Of a stretch of DNA of 64,000 nucleotides, positions 41,768 through 53,749 are shown piece by piece. The DNA comes from an uncultured Methanoregulaceae archaeon (GTDB lineage: Archaea; Halobacteriota; Methanomicrobia; Methanomicrobiales; Methanospirillaceae). The stretch covers positions 1,504,001 through 1,568,000 of the forward strand of contig CAVTTL010000001.1 of NCBI GenBank assembly GCA_963737635.1, given 5' to 3'. Numbering within the stretch: the stretch's first letter is position 1; every line of letters starts with the position of its first letter. The position numbers and the translations under genes are program-made. The notes beneath the pieces are model-generated. The model searched no databases. It was given only the letters and a program-made list of their open reading frames with translations, and was not told where the DNA came from.

Positions 41768-43994
41768 GGCCGGCGGCAGATATCATACAATTTTTGTGCG
41801 GTCTTTTCCCCGATTCCTTTGACCGAAACAAGATCTGAAAGTTCTGCGCTCGCGATAGTCTGGATCGAACCAAAGTGCGTAAGGAGAAGCCGGGCATTTT
41901 TCATGCCAATTTCGGGAAACGCGGAGATGATATACTCCTGCTCTTCTTTGATCGACGTAAACGACTTGCGGGGATGGAATTTGCGTTCGCCACGCTCTGC
42001 CTCCTCCCTTTTTGCAAGGACAAAGAGCATCCGGGCGGTCTCCGTCTCATCCCGGGTAAAAAGAAGCGATAGGCCCATATCTATCGCGAGTGCCGCGAGT
42101 ACACCCCGGAGTGCATTCGGGTTCATGTCTCTCTGGGTATAAATATCGCCGCCTTCGATCATCATGACCGGCCGGGTACCGCTTCGGCAAGAGCCTTTGC
42201 CTGCCCAAGAAGATCCCGGTTGATAAGGGTATCGACAAAATCGCGGGCTGTCTTACGTTCGACCAAGATACGATCGCCAATTGCATAGTCTCCCTGAGGC
42301 AGACGTTCGAGCCGGATTGCCGCCCCCATTCCAGACAACTCCTCGACAACCTTCGAAGAGGTTTCCCTGTCATCGATCCGGATTGCAGGGCCCCGAGGGG
42401 TGAATTCCTCGATGAGTGCCTGATCTGTCACTGCGGGTTGTGAGTGGGGAATTGAAGACCTGCTCATCTGTTGTATGTTCTTTTGCATCCTGCGCTCCTT
42501 GGACTGGCTCACAAACCGGTACACATCGTCCGACGTTCCCTTTGTCGCCAGCACTACTACCCTCCCCGCAGCAGAACGACCAGTCCGCCCTTTGCGCTGG
42601 ATGGACCGGATCTCGGATGGCACTGGCTCATAAAAGATCACCAGATCGGTGGAAGGGACGTCAAGGCCCTCTTCCCCGACGGAGGTCGCAATAAGAACCT
42701 GAAATGCCCCTTCCCGGAACCGGGTAAGAGCCGCAATCTGTTTTTTTTGTGAGAGTCCTTTCTCCGAGTCCTTTGTAGCCTGGCCGACAAATCGCTCACA
42801 GGAGATACCATTTTCGGAAAGATAATCTACGAGGAGCTGCACGGTATCCCGAAAGGTCGCAAATATAATAATACGGCTGTCAGGATGGCATTCAAGTTGC
42901 TTGCGTACAATGCTAAGAACGACAGAGGGCTTGGGATGGAGTTCTGTGGTCCAGCCCCGTGTCTGGTCGAAGAGCAGGTGAAAACCCGGATCCTTGATCA
43001 GCCTTTGGCTGGCTTTGCTCCCTCCTGGCCCCGTTCCTTCGGCGACCAGTTTCGCGATATACCCCCGGAACACTTCACTTCCCTGCGATTCAGCAAGATT
43101 TACGGCATGTTTGAGTTTCATGCACTCTGCATAAACTGAGGCAGCCGAGTACCCCGCCGGATCCCGGTTCTGGATCCTCAGCTGGATCTGGGTGTTGATA
43201 CCGTTGAGTTCTTTCATAGAAAGGCGGTCCCTCTTTGGGACTACAAAGCCAAGCGAGGCAAGGAGGGCCAGTCGGTCGTCAATAAGGGTTTGAATTGCAT
43301 GGATGGTCTGCCTGAGTTCGGCAGGAAGATCAACCGGGTAGATCTCGACATCACGCTCGTGGATATAGGGACTTACATCCGGATCGCTCTCTGTCCGGTT
43401 TTCTATCTGGGTGATACCAAGGTTCGCACAAACCTCCTGGACCTTTTCCGGTGCGCCTCCAGGCGATGCAGTCATGGCAAGTACCAAGGGTTTATCTGCA
43501 GTATCATGATACCGCTGGGCAAGGAAGACATATGCGTAATTTCCTACCGCCCGATGGCATTCATCAACAATCAGGAGTGTCACGTTCTGTAACGTATAGC
43601 GCCCCGCGATAAGATCGTTTTTGACAACCTGTGGTGTGGCAAAGGTTACCTGTGCATGTTCCCAGTCCGCGGTACGTTCAGCGGCCGGAGAATCCCCGGT
43701 GAACATCGCAAACGGCGGGACTTCAGGGCCGGCGGGACTTTTTGCGACCAGATATTTCTCGAAAAAACGGAGATGCTGCTCCACAAGTGGCTTTGTGGGA
43801 GCGAGCATCAGTACTCGCCCCCTTTCGTTGAAGAGCCGGGATGCAGCAACAATAAGGGCGATAGCAGTCTTCCCAAGCCCTGTTGGGAGGATCACCATCG
43901 TATTCGCATCCAGCGCCTTCATCGCAATCGCAAGCTGGTACTCCCGCGACTCGATGCTTTCGGGACGAATGAGAGGATGGCTTATGCAGCTCAT
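41757..43994 (-). CDS. hef: Hef (FANCM-like DEAH helicase fused to ERCC4/XPF nuclease and HhH); frameshifts near 42173 and 41761
   Basis: Helicase motifs LPTGLGKT, DECHR, MTASPG, EEGLD and QRKGRTGR. Nuclease motifs IDDRE and GDYAIG..VERKT..D. HhH motif VKGIGEKTA. Confidence 0.93.
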
Positions 43995-44030
43995 AGGTGT
44001 TGTCTGGTTATATTTCAGCCGGAGTGTCTT

Positions 44031-45751
44031 TTAAAGTCCGGTGAATTTCACATTCCCATTTACAAGAGCCGGGATGGTCGCGGGGAGTCTGTCAACTGCA
44101 ATCCGTACTTGGCTCATGCTGTCCCGGTCCCGGAGTGTGACTGTGCCGGTCTCTTTTGTCTCATAGTCTACTGTAACCGCGAACGGCGTGCCGATCTCAT
44201 CCTGCCGGCGATATCTGCGGCCAATCGCGCCGGAATCGTCGTATTCCGCGAGGATACCCTGTTTCTGGAGGGTAGCTGTGATCTCGTGGGAAATGGTGTC
44301 AAGACCGTCTCGGGCCATGAGCGGGAAGACTGCGACCTGCACAGGAGCGACTTTCGGGGAAAGCCGGAGCACCGGTACGTTTCTCGCCATCTGCAGTATC
44401 CTCATCATATGCCTGTTCAAGTACTGCATAGCACATTCGATCGATCCCGTATGAAGGTTCGATTACGTGGGGCACGATCTCCTCGCCCCTGATATCAACA
44501 GTCTCGTCCCGGATCTCGAAAAGATCAGGTGGTATGTGAATTGTCTCACCATCTACCGTTACATCTGCGCCATCAGCTGTCGGTGTCGCTGTTTCAAGGG
44601 CGGCAAAGATGATCTTTGCTTTTTGCCGGTATTGCTTACCGAGCACCCCCATATTCGGGATGATACGCCGGCGTTGGACCTTCTTTGGCGTATCGTACTG
44701 GATGAATACCGTCATAGCAGTACCGCTCTGCTGTGCGTGGGCATTGAGATCGTAATTTGTCCGGTCAGCTATCCCAACGGTCTCAACCCAGCCGAAGCGC
44801 TCCGAGTACACCTCTGCATCCCAACAATCGGTTGCATAGTGGGCCCGTTCATCGGGGAGGTGCTGGCGGAACCGGAGCCGGTCGGGTCGAATCCCCACCG
44901 TTACAAGCAGTTCGTGGGTGAGAGCAACATAGTAGGCTACATATTCATTTGCGATAATACCGCCATTCACCGCTTCGCACATCGTCATCTCCACCGCAGG
45001 CTCGCACTTCTGCTGATGGGTATACGTTAACAGGGGCATACGATAGTCCGCGTATCTCCGAAACATCGGATGATGGTTTTTTTCGGACGGGTGGACGAAG
45101 ATCTCAGCCTCCGCCTGGGTGAATTCACGGAGACGGATCATGCCCTGACGGGGTGAGATCTCGTTCCGGTAGGATTTGCCGATTTGCACTGCGCCGAAGG
45201 GAAGCTCGTCCCGGTAGAACCTGAGCAGCCGGGCAAAGTCTACAAACATGCCCTGTGCCGTCTCAGGCCCGGAGGTAACCGACTCTCTGGGACCCGGGAC
45301 CGATCGTCGTCGAAAACATCAGGTTAAAGTTGTAGACCTCAACGGTTTTGAGTTTCTCTCCGCAGGCAGGACATGTACATTCTGCTATTGCTGCGGCGAG
45401 GGTCTTGTTATTCATCATCGCCGCCCCGCTCACACCGCCGCCCTCTGCCACGTGATCTGCCCGCAGGTACTCCCTGCAGTGCGGGCACTGGCACATCTTG
45501 TCAGAGAACCCTTTAACATGGCCGGAAGCAATAAAGACCGCTTCCTGTGCAATCGTAGGGCACTCGATCTCGTAGTATCCCTCTTGAACAACGTAGAAAT
45601 GGCGCCAGATATTCTCGATGCGTCGTTTCATCATCGCGCCAAGCGGTCCGTAATCAATAAAGCCGGCCACCGCCCCATAACATTCCGAGGTGGGCCAGAT
45701 AAAACCCCGGCGCTTGGCCAGATCCATTACATTTTCGAAAACATCACTCAT
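44031..45751 (-). CDS. glyS: Glycyl-tRNA synthetase, archaeal/eukaryotic alpha2 type (frameshifts near 45269 and 44373)
   Basis: Motifs LAKRRGF, DYGPLG, YLRPETAQG (across the shift), YRNEISPRQGMIRLREF, VIEPSYGIDR and IGRRYRRQDEIGTP. Confidence 0.95.
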
Positions 45752-46006
45752 GCAGGATCCCTGGTACTTCGTCTCTTATACAGTTGCACGACTCCCGACA
45801 AAAAGGCTCGTGTCCGGTTCCTGTTTCCGTTCCTTTATTATAGCACATGCAGCTTTGTGCTGGTGTAAGAAGGTGACATCCTATTTCCGCGGGGATTCAT
45901 GCTATTGCGAAAATGCTATCCAGACTTAAATAAAAGGTTTCTGGTCAAAAGAACTGTAAAGATAGGATTAAATAGTTGACGAAGTATTGTATATCCTAAT
46001 CCCAAG

Positions 46007-46627
46007 ATGGGGTATCCAATGACGGAAGACAAACGAAAAACACAGTTGCTGGAACTTTTCAGCACCATGTCTGGTAAGACAAAGATTGTCGAGCCGATGA
46101 AAAATATTCATGGCACCCTTAGGGATAGCGATGCGATTGAACGTGAAGTAGCGCTGGTAATGCGGGAGATTATTGAACAGGGAATCTTCAAGACGTCGCT
46201 CAAACCGATCCAGCTTGCCAAGCTTGTTACCTCATTTTATGCAGGAAAAAACGACACAGAAATAGCCCGCGAGCTCGGCGATGAGAAGCTTAGTAAGACC
46301 GTGGCACGGGCACGGGTCAGGCTTAAGCTTTTCCGGGATCTTGATTTCAGGATGCCGTTTGACAAGGTAAAGATGGAAGAACTGGTTGCATCGGGAAAGA
46401 CCATGAAGGAAGTTTCTGATGAACTTGGAGTAAGCCCATCTACGCTTCGGGAATACCGGCACGTGATTGAAGAACAGGAAGACCCCACCATCGACCCCTA
46501 TATCCACCGGATCCGGGATGTCATGGAAGATCGCGATCTCTCCGAGCAGATGACCCGGAGCGCCACGGCAGATAACTTGGGCGAATCCATCGACATTACC
46601 GAAGCCGAAATGATCGATGTGACATAA
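46007..46627 (+). CDS. Conserved archaeal double-HTH protein (resembles haloarchaeal Cmi4-like proteins)
   Basis: Two HTH-like segments (DTEIARELGD...VARAR and MKEVSDELGVSPSTLREY). The family resemblance is from memory only. Confidence 0.75.
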   Translation: MGYPMTEDKRKTQLLELFSTMSGKTKIVEPMKNIHGTLRDSDAIEREVALVMREIIEQGIFKTSLKPIQLAKLVTSFYAGKNDTEIARELGDEKLSKTVARARVRLKLFRDLDFRMPFDKVKMEELVASGKTMKEVSDELGVSPSTLREYRHVIEEQEDPTIDPYIHRIRDVMEDRDLSEQMTRSATADNLGESIDITEAEMIDVT

Positions 46628-46721
46628 AAACCGTTTTTCATATCGGATACTTTTTTTAACTTCTCCCTCGTCACCGGTTTCTATAATAATATTCATCCCT
46701 GCATAATCCCCATCAGCATAT

Positions 46722-47390
46722 ATGCAGCTTACTTGGCTTGGTCATGCTTGTGTCCTCCTTACCGGTACGAAAAAAATCCTGATTGATCCGTTCGTTCCGG
46801 AGGGCAGTACTGCCCGGATGAACCCTGACCTTGTGCTTGTCACTCACGGACATTCTGACCATCTCGGTGAAACCGTCGCCCTCAAGAAAACGACAGTTTC
46901 TACCGGGGAGATTGCCCAGTATCTCGTATCAAAGGGAGTTCCCGCTGAGGGAATGAACATCGGAGGAACGATCAGTCTTGATGGTGTTACCGTCACCATG
47001 ACACCTGCATTGCATTCATCCCGGATCGATGATCCGACCACGGCAGTAAATCCGGGAATGGCCTCGGGTTTTGTCGTCACTATGGATGGTGTTTCGGTGT
47101 ACCATGCAGGTGATACAGCCCTTTTTTCCGATATGAAATTGATCGGTGATCTTTACCATCCCGATATCGCCCTTCTCCCCATTGGCGGGAGGTACACGAT
47201 GGGTCCCAGAGAGGCCATGATCGCGGCACAGTTGGTCGGGGCAAAGATCGTACTACCTATTCACTACAATACGTGGGAGAAGATCGCGGCAGACCCGGTG
47301 GCGTTCAAAACATCTATCGAACGGACAACAAATCTCGCGGTAAAGATCCTCCGGCCTGGCGAGAGCATTGAGATTACACCCCCATCATAA
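46722..47390 (+). CDS. Metallo-beta-lactamase fold hydrolase (UPF0173)
   Basis: Motifs WLGHA, LIDPF, THGHSDH, YHAGDT, LPIGGRYTM and PIHYNT. Confidence 0.93.
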   Translation: MQLTWLGHACVLLTGTKKILIDPFVPEGSTARMNPDLVLVTHGHSDHLGETVALKKTTVSTGEIAQYLVSKGVPAEGMNIGGTISLDGVTVTMTPALHSSRIDDPTTAVNPGMASGFVVTMDGVSVYHAGDTALFSDMKLIGDLYHPDIALLPIGGRYTMGPREAMIAAQLVGAKIVLPIHYNTWEKIAADPVAFKTSIERTTNLAVKILRPGESIEITPPS

Positions 47391-47536
47391 AGAATTCATC
47401 GTAACGAATGCGTCTCCTACAAATCCTCTCTTCAGGAAGGTCCAATCTTAGATTTTCCGTTGCCTGATCCCAGAATACCTGCTATGGGCATTTCAAGAGT
47501 TTTTTATGCCTTAAGTGAGAACTACACTCGATATAT

Positions 47537-49029
47537 ATGAAAGAACACCGGCCGCGGCATCAGGAGGTCGATCTCAGAACCATCGCATGGCACGCGATGG
47601 AAAAATACGGTTTTGAACCCCGGTTTTCCCCGCAGGTGATGGATGAGGTCAACGGGATGAAGGAGCGGACCTTCTCCACTATACCTAAGGACACCCGCGA
47701 CCTCCGCTCGCTCCTGTGGTCGTCCATAGACAACTACGACTCACAGGATCTTGATCAGCTGGAATACTGCGAGCGCAAACCCGACGGAACGACCCGGGTT
47801 ATGATCGCTATAGCTGATGTCGACTCCTATGTGGAAAAGCAATCTCCCACCGATGAATATGCGGCGCATAATGGGACATCTGTATATACAGGGATAGTCA
47901 CATTTCCTATGCTTCCCGATCGGCTCTCTCATGGGATCACCTCTCTTTTGCAGGGTAAAGATCGTCTTGCTGTTATCATTGAATTTTTGATAAAACGTGA
48001 TGGAAGTTTCATTCCGGGTGAAGTGTACCGGGCACTGGTATGCAATAAGGCAAAACTGGTGTACGAAAATGTGGGAGAGTGGCTGGAAGGCACCGGTCTC
48101 ATCCCGACCGGTATACAGGATATCACGGGCCTCGAAGAACAGATCCGGATCCAGAACGACGCAGCTCAGCTTCTGCGGAAATACCGCCGCGAACTGGGAG
48201 CGCTCGAATTTGACACCTTGGAGGCCGAGGTGGTTGTAGAAAACGGTGAGGTGCAGGGGCTCGTATCCCGAACACCTAATCCTGCACGGGCGTTAATCGA
48301 AGAATTCATGGTTGCGGCGAATGGAACAATGGTTGCCCGGCTGGGAGAAGCCGGGGTCCCCATGATCCAGAGAGTGGTAAAAACCCCAAAGAACTGGGCT
48401 GGGATCATACTTACGGCAGCGTCGCATGGGGAGACTCTGCCGGAGAAGCCGGATGCAAAAGCACTTGCGCAGTTCCTTACAAAAGAAAAAACTGCCGATC
48501 CTCTTCATTTCCCCGATCTTTCCCTTACCCTCATAAAACTGCTCGGACCCGGTGAATACACGATGCTTGAACCCGGCGCTACGCCGACCGGTCATTTTGC
48601 CCTTGCCGTCATCGATTATACCCATGCGACGGCACCGAACCGGCGCTACGTAGATATAATCAACCAGCGCCTGATAAAAGCCATCCTGACGGGGACTCCC
48701 GGACCCTATTCTTCCCGAGATCTTCTGGAACAGACTATATGGCTGACTGATCGCGAGAAAGCATCAAAGAAGGTCAAACGTTTCATGAGGAAGGCCGTTG
48801 CGGCTGTGCTACTAGAAGATTGTATTGGCAAAACGTTCGATGCCCTTGTAACCGGGGCAGCAGACAAAGGGACATATGTAAGACTCCTTACCCCCCAGCC
48901 GAAGGCCGGGTGGTCAAAGGGGAGCAGGGCCTTAGCGTTGGCCAGAAAGTGCGGGTTCGTCTCTTAAAAACCGACCCTTATAACGGCTTTATTGATTTTG
49001 AGTGCATCAGCCGGGAAAAAATGGTCTGA
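47537..49029 (+). CDS. RNB-domain exoribonuclease (RNase II/R family; frameshift near 48895)
   Basis: Motifs [33 protein letters not shown] and [11 protein letters not shown]. The S1 domain is completed in the 48820-49029 frame. Confidence 0.9.
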
Positions 49030-49118
49030 AAGAATCTATCGTCACCTTGTCCTCTTTTTAATTCTGTGACATTCCTGTTGATAAGGAGGGGAGGGAGACC
49101 TCTTTTGGCAGCAATTCC

Positions 49119-50691
49119 TTAAAGGTCTCTGCCTCTCGAGTATCGTTTGTCGCCGGATCTCCCTCTTCGGTGAAGCACCAGTGCAATGACCACAAGTACC
49201 ACGATCACGACGGCAATCAAAGGCAGCGTCCATGAAGGAGAAGTTCCTGAGGGTGCCGGGGTAGTAACAGCAGGCGCCTGAGTTTCCGTCGTCGTAGGCG
49301 TAATCGGTTGGGCTGAAGTTGTAACTTGGGTTGGCATGGTAGTTACAAAAGTCGGCGAAACAATCATGTAGCTCGGCACGGTCGTGGTATTGCTGCCGCC
49401 GGAATTTGTTGCGGTCAGGCTGACCGTGTACGTGCCACTTTGGGTGTAAATATGTATGGGGTTCTGTTCGTTACTTTGGGTTCCGTCGCCAAAGAACCAC
49501 TGCCAGATGTCCGGAGAATTGGTCGAGGTGTCCCTGAACTGGACGGTCAGCGGAACAGTTCCCGATTGAATATCTGAGCTGAAAGGAGCTAACCGGTGGG
49601 GATTGGGCATTGGTCACCGTAATATATGCCGGCATGGTTGTGATGTTACTTCCTGCACTGTTCGAAACGCCAAGCGAGACAACGTAGGATCCGACACCGG
49701 TGAACGTATGTACCGGGTTTTGACTGTTGGCTGTGTCGCCATCACCAAAGGTCCAGTACCATCCGGTAGGGGTGTTGTTGGAGGTATCGGTGAACTGGAC
49801 ACTCAATGGATTTGAACCAGAAGTTACGTTTGAGGTAAATGATGCAAGGGGAATCGCGGCGTTCACGGTAATATATCCCGGCTGGGTTATTGTGTTGCTG
49901 CCCATATCGTTGGATGCAGTGAGGGTGACTGCATAGTTTCCTGCCGCCGTGTAGGTATGTACCGGATCCTGAAGTGTGGATGTTGCCCCGTCTCCAAAAG
50001 ACCAGACCCATGAAATTGGGGAATTGGTTGAGGCATCAACGAATTGAACTGTGAGTGGTTCATATCCTGATGTTACTGTGGATTTAAACAATGCAGTCGG
50101 GATCATCGTCACTTGGGTTGCGGTAATATAGTTATTCAGAGATGTGGTATTACTCCCCGCTGAGTTTGTAGCCGTAAGCGTGACAGTGTACAGGCCTTGG
50201 GTCGTATAGGTATGTATGGGTTCGGGACTCGTAGACGTTCCTCCGTCCCCGAAGGACCAGACCCATGAACTTGGAGAGTTGGTCGAAGAATCGAGGAATT
50301 GAACGGAGAGCGGCACTATTCCCGAGGTGATATTCGCCATGAATGAGACGACTGGCACCGATGTCGCCTTTGTTACGGATATATATCCTGACTCAGTGAC
50401 TGTGTTACTGCCCGCCGAATTTGTTGCAATAAGCGTAACCGTGTAGGCCCCGGCAGTCGTGTAGGTATGCGTTGGATTCTGACTCGTGGAAATACCGCCG
50501 TCACCAAATAACCAGGTCCATGAAGTTGGCGTGTTCAGAGAGGAGTCCACGAATTGTACAGTAAGCGGGACGGTTCCAGAGCTAGTATTCGATATAAACG
50601 ATGCCTCAGGTACAGCTCCCAAGACCGGGCTAATGAGAATCGCACCAGAAACAAGGATAAGAAATAGCCAGACCACAGATTTTGTTTTCAT
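49119..50691 (-). CDS. Cell-surface protein with five PKD domains and a C-terminal TM anchor (frameshift near 49590)
   Basis: Five PLxVQFxDxS...WxWxFGDG...PxHxYT repeats, a signal peptide, and a TM followed by a basic tail. Confidence 0.92.
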
Positions 50692-50854
50692 ATCGAATCA
50701 TCCGGTTTTTTTCGATAAGGATGCGATGAGGCATTCCTGCGAGATATATGCCCTCTCGTTCCTTTATAACAATGCTTTTATCCCTTCCTATTAATGCTTG
50801 CTCTATTGGTTATGATACTGGATGGTTTCTTTATTTTCCTTGGATTTTAGGAAT

Positions 50855-51652
50855 TTATTTCATATACACCGCACTTTCTACGAGTTTTTTCCAGTAGTTA
50901 TCACAGTCCTCTTTACAATACCCCCCCGCTATTATCTGGTCCGGGTCGAATTGAGATAATGCAAGACCGATTCCTCCGTTGTTGGGCTCCATGATGATCC
51001 ATTGGTGAATATTATACATTTCTGAAAGATCGATTGCCATTTCAAGGTTTTTTGTACTAACCGCTATCCGACGCTGGTATTCCATAAGCGGCATAAAATC
51101 CTTTTTCTTTGGTGCCGGTGCAAAAAAGAAGACTTTCTTCCCTGCAAGTATTGAAATTTCCTGCTCGTCGACTGTATCGCAGATAAGCACATGTCCCCCG
51201 ATGCCCGCGTCTCGCATTTCCCGCATTATGGTACGGTACGCCGCTGTGATCGCATCGGACCACTCACCGGAGTCACCATAATAGTCGTCCGTGAAACCGA
51301 GGGACTGGGGGGCCGGGAGAGCACACCACACGTCTTTTTTCTGCGTAGCAAGCAGGATAGCATCCTCAATCAACGTACTGGTATCTACATGGATCTCCCC
51401 GATAACTGTGTCCCGGTTTGCATTTAAACCGATGAGACTTTCGCGAACCCGTTCATGATAGAAGAGACCGCCCGCACAAGGAACAGTGATACCGGCTGAA
51501 AGTTCTTGTGCAAGCAACACGTCGAGCCAATACGCACGAAGATCTACTGCAATTCCCCGGTGATCTGCCACCCAACCGGCAAGCGTGGCAAGATCCGGTA
51601 TGCCGGGTTCACCGCCGAGCGCCTGAGTTGTAAGAGACATCACCTTTTGCAT
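50855..51652 (-). CDS. Hypothetical protein, possibly a divergent MetE-core (MesA-like) barrel
   Basis: Segments QELSAGI, ALPAPQSL and DDYYGD...AYRTIMREMRDAG resemble cobalamin-independent methionine synthase. The HxC zinc motif is not visible. Confidence 0.7.
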   Translation of the reverse strand: MQKVMSLTTQALGGEPGIPDLATLAGWVADHRGIAVDLRAYWLDVLLAQELSAGITVPCAGGLFYHERVRESLIGLNANRDTVIGEIHVDTSTLIEDAILLATQKKDVWCALPAPQSLGFTDDYYGDSGEWSDAITAAYRTIMREMRDAGIGGHVLICDTVDEQEISILAGKKVFFFAPAPKKKDFMPLMEYQRRIAVSTKNLEMAIDLSEMYNIHQWIIMEPNNGGIGLALSQFDPDQIIAGGYCKEDCDNYWKKLVESAVYMK

Positions 51653-51694
51653 GGTACATGAATTATTACGTATTGCATGCTAAAAAGTACCTGA

Positions 51695-53683
51695 ATGACT
51701 CAACCTCCGCTGCTGGTCACTTGCGGGCTCCCCTACACAAACGGGCCCTGTCATCTCGGGCATCTGCGCACGTACGTCCCCGCCGACTGTTACGTTCGCT
51801 ATATGCGGCGGACGGGTAAAGAAGTCGTGTTTGTATCGGGATCGGACAACCATGGGACGCCCATCGTGGTTTCTGCTGAAGAGAAGGGGATTTCCCCCCG
51901 TGCACTTTCCGAGCAATACCACCGGCATTTCGATGAGACGTTTAAAAGGATCGGCGTTAATTTCGATTATTTTGGGATGACCGATGCCCCGGTTAATCAT
52001 CGCCGGACCCAGGAGATCGTCAAGCGTCTGGAAAAAAACGGATATGTATATAAACAAATCGTCCATCAGGCGTATTGCCCGAAGTGCAGGCGGTTCCTCC
52101 CGGATCGTTATGTCGAGGGCACCTGCCCCTACTGCGGCAAACAGGCTCGTGGGGACGAGTGTGATCAAGGCTGTGGGAAACATCTCGAACCAGGGGAGAT
52201 CAAAGATCCGGTATGCAAAGTCTGTGGAACACAAGCCGAGTTCCGGGATCAGGAACATTTTTTCTTCAGGCTATCCGCATTCAGGGAGTATCTCCTCCAG
52301 TTTCTTGACCGGCTCCACGGCACCAGCAACGCAAAAAACTATGCCCTCGGTTGGATCAGGGATGAATTACACGACTGGTGTATCACCCGCACCCTTGAGT
52401 GGGGCGTGAAGTTCCCCGGTCGCGATGATCTCGTTGTATACGTCTGGGTTGATGCTCCGATTGGTTACATTGCATTCACTGAAGAGTGGGCAGCAAGGAC
52501 CGGCAAAAACTGGAAGGAATACTGGTGCGGGGATAACCGCGTCACCCATTTCATTGGTGGGGATATCATCTATCACCATTGCATTTTCTGGCCGGGCCTC
52601 CTGAAAGGTGCCGGATACGGTGAACCGTATGCGGTAGTCGCAAGCGGGATGGTTAAAGTAGATGACCATAAGTTCTCCAAATCCCGGGGTTATGTAGTCT
52701 GGACCAACGAAGATTACCTTGATAAAGGTCTTCCTGCAGATTACCTCAGATATTATCTGCTCGCATACACGAGTCATACCAAGGAACTCAACTTTTCATG
52801 GAAGGTATTTGGAGAAAGGATTAATAATGAAGTTGTTAATATTCTTGGCAACTTCATGTATCGCACGCTCTTTTTTGCGTATAAGGAGTTTGGAGGTATA
52901 CCTGCCGGGGCAGTTGATCCGGTTACCTCTGTTGAAATCGAAAAATGCCTGGTGGACGTAGATCGCCAGATGAAGGAATATGAGTTCAAGAGTGCAGTCG
53001 ATACAATTATGACGCTCGCGGCTTTCGGGAATTCGTATATCCAGACCAATGAGCCGTGGAAATTGATCAAAACCGACCGTACTGCAGCGGCGCAGGTAAT
53101 GAAAAACAGCATCCAGATTGTAAAAGCTCTGGCACTTCTGATTGAGCCGGTAATGCCATCAAAGGCACAGGAATGCTGGGCGCAGCTTGGATATTCTGAC
53201 TTGATTGCAACCCATAGAATTGATGAGGCAACTTGCACGATCACCGAAAAAGACCTTGCAGCACCGGCTCCATTGTTTGGCCGGCTTGAGGAAAACCAGA
53301 TAACCGAGCTGGACGCAGTGCTCCAGCAGCGTGTTATGGAGGCGAATAAAAAAATGGAGAAGGCACCGTCGATTTCGATCGAGGATTTCAATAAGGTTGA
53401 GATGATGACCGGGAAAGTGCTCGCGGCCGAGGCAATTCCAAAGTCAAGCAAACTCCTGAAACTCAGAGTGGACACCGGGGGAGAAATTCGGCAGATCGTG
53501 AGCGGTATCGCGCAGTTCTATAAACCCGAAGAGCTGGTAGGAAAAAATGTTGTCGTTCTCACAAATCTGGCACCAGCAAAAATCTTTGGCGTGGAGAGTA
53601 ATGGCATGATCCTCGCAGCCGGTGATGCAGCATCACTTCTGGTACCGGAGAAATCGGTTGAACCCGGGACAAAGATTCGTTAA
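51695..53683 (+). CDS. metG: Methionyl-tRNA synthetase with C-terminal tRNA-binding OB fold
   Basis: [12 protein letters not shown] (HIGH), zinc knuckles, YVWVDAP, KFSKS and a Trbp111-like tail with QIVSGI and SNGMILAA. Confidence 0.97.
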   Translation: MTQPPLLVTCGLPYTNGPCHLGHLRTYVPADCYVRYMRRTGKEVVFVSGSDNHGTPIVVSAEEKGISPRALSEQYHRHFDETFKRIGVNFDYFGMTDAPVNHRRTQEIVKRLEKNGYVYKQIVHQAYCPKCRRFLPDRYVEGTCPYCGKQARGDECDQGCGKHLEPGEIKDPVCKVCGTQAEFRDQEHFFFRLSAFREYLLQFLDRLHGTSNAKNYALGWIRDELHDWCITRTLEWGVKFPGRDDLVVYVWVDAPIGYIAFTEEWAARTGKNWKEYWCGDNRVTHFIGGDIIYHHCIFWPGLLKGAGYGEPYAVVASGMVKVDDHKFSKSRGYVVWTNEDYLDKGLPADYLRYYLLAYTSHTKELNFSWKVFGERINNEVVNILGNFMYRTLFFAYKEFGGIPAGAVDPVTSVEIEKCLVDVDRQMKEYEFKSAVDTIMTLAAFGNSYIQTNEPWKLIKTDRTAAAQVMKNSIQIVKALALLIEPVMPSKAQECWAQLGYSDLIATHRIDEATCTITEKDLAAPAPLFGRLEENQITELDAVLQQRVMEANKKMEKAPSISIEDFNKVEMMTGKVLAAEAIPKSSKLLKLRVDTGGEIRQIVSGIAQFYKPEELVGKNVVVLTNLAPAKIFGVESNGMILAAGDAASLLVPEKSVEPGTKIR

Positions 53684-53749
53684 ATCTTTTTTCAGCTGAC
53701 TGTCGAAGCCTTTTGACTGGTACGAGGAAAAGCGACGCGCCGGATCCAG

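Noticed and set aside
44031-45751. Programmed frameshifting or pseudogenisation of glyS (and hef)
   Set aside because: There are no slippery heptamers at the shift sites, the gene is essential, and similar single-base indels occur throughout the window. Sequencing error is far more parsimonious.
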